Assembly: GCA_964476985.1 (NCBI GenBank)
Contig: CAYZDB010000002.1
Location: 1-32,307 of the forward strand
Source of the DNA: an uncultured Acidobacteriota bacterium
GTDB taxonomy: Bacteria > Acidobacteriota > Polarisedimenticolia > J045
Reading direction: 5' to 3'
Length of the DNA: 32,307 bases
This document shows positions 9,501 through 15,330 of this stretch, piece by piece (position 1 is the first letter of the stretch; every line of letters starts with the position of its first letter). A program made the position numbers and the translations under genes. The notes under the pieces are model-generated. The model was not told the DNA's origin. It searched no databases and was given only the letters and a program-made list of their open reading frames with translations.

Positions 9501-12500
9501 GAGACGTCCATCACGAAGTACTGGAAGGATGGGCTCGGCCGGCTGGTACTGGTCGACACCGACGTCCGGGCCGGAGGCGCGGCCGGGGACGGGGCCGACG
9601 CGGTCTACCGCTTCGACCCACGCGGCAAGGTCCGTGCCGTCCACCTAGTGTCGCAGCTTCCGGCGGACGCTTTCAACCAGTGGCGAAATCCGGACTGGAC
9701 TCCGGCGAATCCCCAGACGCGGACGTTCGAATACGACGCGCTCGGCCGGTTGCGGCGGGCCACGAACCCGGAGAAGGGTCTGGAGGAGTTCCATGCCTAC
9801 GACGTCTGGGGCAACCTCCTGGCCTGGACGGACGAGCTGGGACGCCAGCGCGGGTACCACTTCCGCAACACGTTCGACGGCGCAGGCCGACTGACGAAGA
9901 CGGAGCGCTGGCGGGCGGCCTACGGGACCGCGGGGACGCCAAGCGACGTGGAGCGTCTCGGCAGCAACGGGACCTTCGAGGGCACATGGCCCGGGGCCTG
10001 GGTCGAAGGGACGATCGACGGCTCGAACAACTTCAAGCCAGCGACGACCTCGTGGGAGGCCGTAGCCTACGGAGCAACGTCCTGCTTCAAGGCGCCCCCC
10101 GTCGGGGGCGGAATGCGCGGCCTGCACCTCGGCGGCACGGCGTGCACGTACGACGCCGCCGACCGCGGGCGGGAAGTGGCCCGAATCGCGGTCACGGGCG
10201 TGACCCGAGACGACCTGCTCAGTTTCAAGTACTGGCGGCAGGTGCGGGAGCAGAGCGGCGGCTCGCGCGACGCCCTCGAGGTCTGGGTGACGCGGCAGTC
10301 GCCGGACGGCGCTTCGATCCTGCCGCGGCGCGTGGTGTTCAGGATGTCGGAATCGCACGCATCCTACGCGAAGTGGATCCAGAGCCCCGGCGTCGCGCCG
10401 GGGGACTTCTACAGTCCCGCGGACTGGCCGGAAGGGACGACGCGCGATCTCTTCGTCTACTTCGTGTTCGAGAAGGGGGACGACGTCAGCTCCGGTCTCG
10501 GGCTGGGGGTGCTGATCGACGACGTCACGCTCGGCCGCAAGGGGGTGGAGACACTGGAACAGACCACCTACGACACCGACGTCTGCAGCGGGAGCGAGGG
10601 GGGCGACGCCTGCCTCGAGGGCGCCAGCACGGTCAATGCGTACAAGGACAAACCGGCCAAGGTGGCGTCGTACCAAGATGGCCGGAAGGTGCTGGAGCGG
10701 CGCTTCGTGTACCGCGGCCTGAACGGCCGCCTCTCGGGCGTGCGTACGCTGTTCGACTGGCGCGGGATGGCGCGGGACAATCATCCCGAGGACTGGACGA
10801 GCGTGGTCTGGAACGCGACCTGGAACAGCCACGGCCTGCCCGCCGACCTGGTGGCGCCTTATGCGGCGGCGGCCGGCAAGCGACGCTACGCGCAGCTCTA
10901 CTACGGCACGCTGCTGCGCCGGATCACGAGCGGCACGACGCCGCTGCTGGTCGCGGAGGACGGGCTGGACGGCGTCTACTACGACGCCGCCGGCGAGCCG
11001 ACCGAGTTGCGCTTCGCCAACGGTGCGGGGACGGCGATCGCGCGGGACGCCCAGCACCGGCCGCGGTCGTACGCGGTCTGGGGCTCGCCGACCACCGAGA
11101 GGCCCTTCTGGGCGAGCGGGAACTACACCTTCGACGGCGCGGGGAACATCCTCGCGATCGGGACGCAGCGCTTCGGCTACGACGGCGCCTCGCGGCTGAC
11201 GCACGCCGAGCTGCTGCCGCAGGCGCAATCCCCGACGACGCTGACCTTCGACGTCGTGAACTGGACCTACGATCTCTACGGGAACATGACCGGGCAGACG
11301 CTCGTCGGCAGCTCGGCGGCCACCCCCCCGCCCCTGACGTTCCAGCACACCTACGGTGCCGCCGGCCCCGGCAACCACAACCAGGTCACGACGTCCGGCT
11401 TCGCCTACGACGGCAACGGCAACACCCGTCGCTTCACCGGCCAACTCGGCCCCGCGGACGCCGTCGGCGCACTCTGGGACTCCCAGAACCGCCTGACGGC
11501 GTTCGTCCAGGGCGACCCCTGGGCCGGCAGCGCACCCGGCGAGACGTACGCCTACGACGCCGACGGCTACCGCTTCCTGCGGCTCTCGCTCGACAACACG
11601 GGCAAGGCGCTGCTGTCGGTGCGCGATGGCGAGGGCCGGACGCTGTCGGAGTTCGTGGACGAGCCGAGCGGCGGGCTGAAGCTGGTGCGGGACTTCGTCT
11701 ACGGGGTCGGCCAGCTGCTGGTCGAGCGCCAGGTGACCAGCGCGCCGCCGCAGATGCTGCTGGGCAGCCCGCTGGTCTCCGGCGGGAGCTATCACCTGAC
11801 GGTGACCGACGGCAGCGCGGCGCCGAGCTACGAGCTGGACATCCGCACCGCGTCCGGCTTCCAGAACCGCCTGACCGGCCTGCAGCGCGACGCGGCCCAG
11901 CAGCTCCACGTGCCGGAGAGCGCCTTGTCCCCCGGCGAGACGAACGTCCTGCGGCTGCGGGCCGAGGGCGAGCCGGGGACCGGCTACTCGGTGCCGGTCT
12001 CGCTGCTGTACGATCCGAGCGTGACGCCCTCCTCCCCGAACCAGATCCGCGCGCTGGGGGTCTCGCGCAACGGGACCGACCTGGTGCTGCGCTGGGCGCT
12101 CTTGACCGAGAACGGCAAGCAGACCAGGGTGAGCTTCCGGCGGGCCGACACCGGGGCGACCTACGTGCTGACGCCGCAAGCGCTGGCGTCGTCGATCAAG
12201 TCGTACACGCTCTCGTCGCAGGCTCTGGCCTCGCCGTGCGGGGACTTCCTGCTGAGCCAGGTGCTGCAGTCCAACGAGACCGGCCCGACCCCGCCGCTCC
12301 GGAACCCGAGCAGCCAGAGCGGGACGCAGGGGACGGAGATCGATCCCTGCGACGACCCGCCGCCCGACCCAGCTCCGGGCCCGCGCTTCACCAACGCCTA
12401 CCACCACCGCGATCACCTGGGCACGCTGCGCAACGTAACCGGCGACGGGGGCTACCTGGCCGCGGCCTACGACTGGTACCCGTACGGGACGCGGATGAGA

Positions 12501-13250
12501 ACGGGCCTCGCCGGCTCCGCCTCGGACAGCCGGCGGGTGTTCACGGGGCACGAGCGGGATCTGGCGACGGGGCTGGATTACATGATGGCGAGGTACTACG
12601 GACCAAGCCTCGCCCGCTTCCTGAGCACCGATCCCGGAGACGACACCTACCTCGACGCCCCGCAGAGCTGGAGCGAGTATTCCTACGTTCGCGATCGTCC
12701 CATCGGCGCGAACGACCCGACGGGCAGATTCACGGATTGGGGACTGACCCGCGAGTTCCGCGTGAGCCCGCCCGCGGTGGCGGCGACAGGTGGCACCCCC
12801 CAGGCCGCCTCTCAGACGATCGAGCAGATTGCCAAGTCGACGTCGTCGGTGGCGAATACGGTCGGTTGCGGAGCACTACTTGGGGCGGTCGTCGCGGCAA
12901 TCGTTCCGGGGGGACAAGCAGCGGTTCCTCCCCTCCTGTCAGTCGCTGGCACGATGGGGACGATCTCGCTCGGCAGTGATGTCGCCGCGGCCGCAGCGGT
13001 CCCGTCAACCGATAACGTCAACACCGTCATTGCCGATGTGGTGACGACAGCAGCGGTGGCGGGTGCGCTCAGGGGCGCGGAAGCACAGATGAGCCCCGGC
13101 TCCCGGGTGGCTGTCGAGACAGCTGCGATTCCTGCTGCGACGGCAGTGACGAGCATCGCGGAATCTGTGGAGGATGCCGTCGACGACCGAGGGAAGACCG
13201 ACCCTGCTGCTCCCCAGCGGGAACCGGCAGACAAGGAACAGAAGAAGTAG
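6411..13250 (+). CDS. Rhs/YD-repeat polymorphic toxin (2279 aa) with N-terminal Sec-type signal peptide, RHS core and a novel C-terminal toxin tip
   Basis: ATG 6411 directly follows AGGAGGGGAG (6401-6410). Signal-like N-terminus: MKNDHNRRRIERGHAFGLLLFLMILPVCAFA/VAQ. Shell-start motif: FSLSRSYNS...GYGWTMHLG. There are at least ten YD repeats, including FGWDALGR ~8904, YDGLGR ~9067, YDALGR ~9139, YEYDALGRL ~9727, FDGAGRL ~9880, YTFDGAGN ~11125, FGYDGASRL ~11175, FAYDGNGN ~11400 and YAYDADGY ~11551. RHS-associated core: YHHRDHLGTLR..WYPYGTR..FTGHERDLATGLDYMMARYY..YSYVRDRPIGANDPTGRF, ending at 12731. Confidence 0.95.
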   Translation: MKNDHNRRRIERGHAFGLLLFLMILPVCAFAVAQESPPPPAAPPGGGEDPPGGGGTGGVSSITDLTVYDHLSLVARAPGIPEGSIFAGFENSESVQAFSGNLLVTHPSSPSFPLDGGGSFSLSRSYNSSRTLEIANRGADDVYKRFAHGRSWVGYGWTMHLGRVFKRAKMPDRKEQDHLNELYCYHDREFVFEDGAGTQTVFNEKEPDPVRSAVQERPILKVRFFRKPGQECEFGSRRPLWCDTPNRSSLPECDHFDNDCETTTDGTAHYEVTLEDGSILRLEKRVDEVTNDLGFIKNADRSGWYTTRITFLSGAALRVAYHDSTAFPEAIYKVQSERDQTVTIQTTLCASDAHCCAPGAACSAGSGLTGLLKTVTATGPGGQTVTYEYSYEAMSLNDVGGPTTVPVLRQVKLPVVGGQSAGSIQYTYRPSYQPEGAGPGEPGTGPLLERLIYPLNGEAKYEYGAWYCGPKKSGAPSETYECYQPGSRRCFGVTGRTLFPAGSGGTEPPARADWRWDRDISYTGLCPASSGNSCQPAFAENNRFVMRGPDGRTTISEFESPVACGLGINKLVGRIKAEESYDGDGTAVATRLRRVTHAYMYPLEQAVETEFYDGPSACDDGVAASPARMRTERFETSEWGEWNLTVVSGDYLPAEVKRRSYVAHDDPKTMPPSRLEKHVVGRFGRAYVEEGRFQDPGRYEVMYWHEGDLGYGGEYKGRLLQVAAVASYQTVGTTIDTTANPPAVQTPEPPSTPESPPNLRSVLSYDASKGNLAQVVFSGGDSNATYTVDYTWDQAMAKTMKLTALTYNSREIVPDRGAVSAAIDPNGLRTDFGWDALGRIKSLTPPGPEYATRVAYPSLLETRVIRSPGAETAPTTDPEQVYSDQRYDGLGRTIERRKTVQGWTALQVVRYDALGREIFVSEWLTQSEFDTAPKIVWQDAMDPDGTGPRSWSHKVVDIPTKDGRPWGTVTYYGVPSATAPDNPLRAIPDGLGRVRRVVQADGSIVDTEYCGPHETVTVHGVDRNGDGVAAETSITKYWKDGLGRLVLVDTDVRAGGAAGDGADAVYRFDPRGKVRAVHLVSQLPADAFNQWRNPDWTPANPQTRTFEYDALGRLRRATNPEKGLEEFHAYDVWGNLLAWTDELGRQRGYHFRNTFDGAGRLTKTERWRAAYGTAGTPSDVERLGSNGTFEGTWPGAWVEGTIDGSNNFKPATTSWEAVAYGATSCFKAPPVGGGMRGLHLGGTACTYDAADRGREVARIAVTGVTRDDLLSFKYWRQVREQSGGSRDALEVWVTRQSPDGASILPRRVVFRMSESHASYAKWIQSPGVAPGDFYSPADWPEGTTRDLFVYFVFEKGDDVSSGLGLGVLIDDVTLGRKGVETLEQTTYDTDVCSGSEGGDACLEGASTVNAYKDKPAKVASYQDGRKVLERRFVYRGLNGRLSGVRTLFDWRGMARDNHPEDWTSVVWNATWNSHGLPADLVAPYAAAAGKRRYAQLYYGTLLRRITSGTTPLLVAEDGLDGVYYDAAGEPTELRFANGAGTAIARDAQHRPRSYAVWGSPTTERPFWASGNYTFDGAGNILAIGTQRFGYDGASRLTHAELLPQAQSPTTLTFDVVNWTYDLYGNMTGQTLVGSSAATPPPLTFQHTYGAAGPGNHNQVTTSGFAYDGNGNTRRFTGQLGPADAVGALWDSQNRLTAFVQGDPWAGSAPGETYAYDADGYRFLRLSLDNTGKALLSVRDGEGRTLSEFVDEPSGGLKLVRDFVYGVGQLLVERQVTSAPPQMLLGSPLVSGGSYHLTVTDGSAAPSYELDIRTASGFQNRLTGLQRDAAQQLHVPESALSPGETNVLRLRAEGEPGTGYSVPVSLLYDPSVTPSSPNQIRALGVSRNGTDLVLRWALLTENGKQTRVSFRRADTGATYVLTPQALASSIKSYTLSSQALASPCGDFLLSQVLQSNETGPTPPLRNPSSQSGTQGTEIDPCDDPPPDPAPGPRFTNAYHHRDHLGTLRNVTGDGGYLAAAYDWYPYGTRMRTGLAGSASDSRRVFTGHERDLATGLDYMMARYYGPSLARFLSTDPGDDTYLDAPQSWSEYSYVRDRPIGANDPTGRFTDWGLTREFRVSPPAVAATGGTPQAASQTIEQIAKSTSSVANTVGCGALLGAVVAAIVPGGQAAVPPLLSVAGTMGTISLGSDVAAAAAVPSTDNVNTVIADVVTTAAVAGALRGAEAQMSPGSRVAVETAAIPAATAVTSIAESVEDAVDDRGKTDPAAPQREPADKEQKK
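11549..12599 (+). repeat. Direct repeat copy A (inside main rhs), partner of 13656-14631
   Basis: Line-by-line alignment: offset 2107 before a 75-nt indel and 2032 after it. 11813-12499 is identical to 13845-14531 at all 687 positions. Confidence 0.95.
12732..13247 (+). other. Rhs C-terminal toxin tip 1 (172 aa), Ala/Val/Gly-rich, unassignable; candidate membrane-active toxin
   Basis: This is the sequence after DPTGRF: TDWGLTREF..VGCGALLGAVVAAIVPGGQAAVPPLLSVAGTMGTISLG..VIADVVTTAAVAGAL..VAVETAAIPAATAVTSIA..KEQKK. By my count it has 37 Ala and about 40% Ala+Val+Gly, with no His, no Tyr and one Cys. I see no recognisable nuclease, deaminase or ART motif. Confidence 0.6.
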
Positions 13251-13277
13251 CGTGATCATCGGCCGGAGTGCGACCAG

Positions 13278-13475
13278 ATGAGAGCTTGGATCCAGGTTCT
13301 TCTGCTCATTGCGCTTGGTGCTGCGGCCTTGTGCCTCGCCGCCCGCATTCGGGTACCTCCTGATGAGCCCGGGTCAGTGCTGTACCCGACCTATCGGTAC
13401 CTTAGGCTGATGTTGCTCGTCTCCGGGGGGGGTGCTCTCTTAGTGGCGGTGCGACTTGTGGCATTCCCTCCGTGA
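13278..13475 (+). CDS. 65-aa two-TM membrane protein; candidate cognate immunity protein for toxin tip 1
   Basis: ATG 13278 lies 9 nt after GGAG (13265-13268) and 27 nt after the rhs stop. Two hydrophobic helices: WIQVLLLIALGAAALCLAA and LRLMLLVSGGGALLVAVRLVAF. Position immediately 3' of a polymorphic toxin tip is the classical immunity location. Confidence 0.6.
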   Translation: MRAWIQVLLLIALGAAALCLAARIRVPPDEPGSVLYPTYRYLRLMLLVSGGGALLVAVRLVAFPP

Positions 13476-13518
13476 AGGCGACCAAAGAAGTTAGACGGCG
13501 TCAGGACGGTCAGCGATC

Positions 13519-15330
13519 TTGGCTTCGCTCGGTGACGCCGGCCATGTGCACCTCCGGCTTGCGTCCGGGCTACAGCGAACAGGCCGCATGTTCGATTTGA
13601 TTTCCGCCGGGCTGCGAATCCCACCGGCTTTGGCAAGGGGGCACCGTGCACAACCCGCCTACGACGCCGACGGCTACCGCTTCCTGCGGCTTTCGCTCGA
13701 CAAAGCCGGCAAGGCGCTGCTGTCGGTGCGCGACTGGGAGGGCCGGAGGCTGTCGGAGTTCGTGGACGAGCCCATCGGCGGGCTGAAGCTGGTGCAGGAC
13801 TTCGTCTGCGGGGTCGGCCAGCAGCTGATCGAGCGCCAGGTGACCAGCGCGGCGCCGAGCTACGAGCTGGACATCCGCACCGCGTCCGGCTTCCAGAACC
13901 GCCTGACCGGCCTGCAGCGCGACGCGGCCCAGCAGCTCCACGTGCCGGAGAGCGCCTTGTCCCCCGGCGAGACGAACGTCCTGCGGCTGCGGGCCGAGGG
14001 CGAGCCGGGGACCGGCTACTCGGTGCCGGTCTCGCTGCTGTACGATCCGAGCGTGACGCCCTCCTCCCCGAACCAGATCCGCGCGCTGGGGGTCTCGCGC
14101 AACGGGACCGACCTGGTGCTGCGCTGGGCGCTCTTGACCGAGAACGGCAAGCAGACCAGGGTGAGCTTCCGGCGGGCCGACACCGGGGCGACCTACGTGC
14201 TGACGCCGCAAGCGCTGGCGTCGTCGATCAAGTCGTACACGCTCTCGTCGCAGGCTCTGGCCTCGCCGTGCGGGGACTTCCTGCTGAGCCAGGTGCTGCA
14301 GTCCAACGAGACCGGCCCGACCCCGCCGCTCCGGAACCCGAGCAGCCAGAGCGGGACGCAGGGGACGGAGATCGATCCCTGCGACGACCCGCCGCCCGAC
14401 CCAGCTCCGGGCCCGCGCTTCACCAACGCCTACCACCACCGCGATCACCTGGGCACGCTGCGCAACGTAACCGGCGACGGGGGCTACCTGGCCGCGGCCT
14501 ACGACTGGTACCCGTACGGGACGCGGATGAGGACGGGGGTCGCCGGCTCCGCGTTGGACAGCCGGAGGGTGTTCACGGGGCACGAGCGGGACCTGGCGAC
14601 GGGGCTGGATTACATGATGGCGAGGTACTACTCGTCACCGGGGGGGACGTTCCTGTCGGTGGATCCCGGGGAGGACACGGATCTCGATGATCCCCAATCC
14701 TGGAATGCCTACAGCTACGTTCGTCGCGACCCGCTCGGTGGGAACGATCCTGACGGCAGATTCGGGAATCTCCTGGTCGGCTTCGTCGTCGGGGCGGCTG
14801 TCGAGGCCGGGTCGCAAGTCGTGGCGGGGATGTCGGAAGGAAAGGGCCTCATCGATTCCGTAAAGGGCATCGAGGGGAACAAGGTCCTCCTCAGTGCTGC
14901 GGTCGGAGGGGTGACTTCGGGCGTGAGCGCAATCCGCGCGATTGGATTGGCCGGCCGGCTCGCCGTGGAGGCCGCTGGCAATGTCGCCGAGGGAGCTCTG
15001 CATGCCCAAGTTGATGATGCCTCCTACGGGTCTGCGGAGGTCGTCGACGACGCCATCGTCGGAGCTGTAGCAGGAGTAGTCGGAGAGGGCACCGAACGCC
15101 TGACGCACGCCGTCGCACAACAGACGGACGCGGCGAAAAGCCTCGCCCACGACGCGAAGCGCCTGGAGAACATCGCCGACAAGGGGCGCCCGCGGGCGGC
15201 CCAGGAGTTGCGCGCACAGCAAGCCAAGGAGAAGGCGGCAAGCTACGGCTCGAAGCTCGCATCGGTCACCGGCGCAGCGGCGAGCAACCTAACGAGCGAG
15301 GCTGCAGGGAACAAGAAGAAACAACCGTGA
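13519..15330 (+). CDS. Orphan Rhs C-terminal cassette (last YD repeat + Ig-like insert + RHS core + alternative toxin tip); no signal peptide or shell, start uncertain, possibly silent
   Basis: The track ORF starts at TTG 13519, with an in-frame ATG at 13588; neither has a convincing SD. From 13656 it is homologous to 11549 onward of the main rhs (AYDADGYRFLRLSLD...). It has the same core, YHHRDHLGTLR..FTGHERDLATGLDYMMARYY, then diverges: SSPGGTFLSVDPGEDTDLDDPQSWNAYSYVRRDPLGGNDPDGRF ends at 14763. Confidence 0.7.
   Translation: MASLGDAGHVHLRLASGLQRTGRMFDLISAGLRIPPALARGHRAQPAYDADGYRFLRLSLDKAGKALLSVRDWEGRRLSEFVDEPIGGLKLVQDFVCGVGQQLIERQVTSAAPSYELDIRTASGFQNRLTGLQRDAAQQLHVPESALSPGETNVLRLRAEGEPGTGYSVPVSLLYDPSVTPSSPNQIRALGVSRNGTDLVLRWALLTENGKQTRVSFRRADTGATYVLTPQALASSIKSYTLSSQALASPCGDFLLSQVLQSNETGPTPPLRNPSSQSGTQGTEIDPCDDPPPDPAPGPRFTNAYHHRDHLGTLRNVTGDGGYLAAAYDWYPYGTRMRTGVAGSALDSRRVFTGHERDLATGLDYMMARYYSSPGGTFLSVDPGEDTDLDDPQSWNAYSYVRRDPLGGNDPDGRFGNLLVGFVVGAAVEAGSQVVAGMSEGKGLIDSVKGIEGNKVLLSAAVGGVTSGVSAIRAIGLAGRLAVEAAGNVAEGALHAQVDDASYGSAEVVDDAIVGAVAGVVGEGTERLTHAVAQQTDAAKSLAHDAKRLENIADKGRPRAAQELRAQQAKEKAASYGSKLASVTGAAASNLTSEAAGNKKKQP
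13656..14631 (+). repeat. Direct repeat copy B (5' part of the orphan cassette)
   Basis: Same alignment as copy A. The identical antisense track ORFs 12161..12394 and 14193..14426 independently confirm the 2032-nt offset. Confidence 0.95.
14764..15327 (+). other. Orphan toxin tip 2 (188 aa), glycine-zipper-like hydrophobic N-part plus charged helical tail; candidate membrane-active toxin
   Basis: GNLLVGFVVGAAVEAGSQVVAG..LLSAAVGGVTSGVSAIRAIGLAG..AIVGAVAGVVGEG.., then AKSLAHDAKRLENIADKGRPRAAQELRAQQAKEKAASYG. Small-xxx-small spacing recurs. There is no recognisable enzymatic motif and no sequence similarity to tip 1. Confidence 0.55.

Noticed and set aside
9176-12979. 1267-aa plus-strand ORF and 968-aa minus-strand ORF (9645..12551) inside rhs
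   Set aside because: They are alternative frames of the GC-rich 3' half of rhs and consist of Arg/Gly/Pro runs. The rhs frame is validated by YD repeats and the RHS core.
13519-13655. Independent translation of the orphan cassette from TTG 13519 or ATG 13588
   Set aside because: No SD-like sequence precedes either codon. The encoded 46 residues (MASLGDAGHVHLRLASG..) are unrelated to Rhs and lack a signal peptide. I kept this as an ORF annotation, but functional expression is doubtful.
12161-14426. Two identical 77-aa minus-strand ORFs (12161..12394 and 14193..14426)
   Set aside because: Their identity is a trivial consequence of the 687-nt perfect direct repeat. They are antisense to the Rhs Ig-like insert and have no start context. 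They were useful only as confirmation of the 2032-nt offset.
11549-14631. Diversity-generating retroelement (TR/VR pair) as an explanation for the two near-identical copies
   Set aside because: There is no reverse transcriptase gene in the window. The mismatches in the diverged flanks involve all four bases (c/t, c/a, a/g, g/c) rather than adenine-specific changes. The central tract is identical rather than hypervariable.
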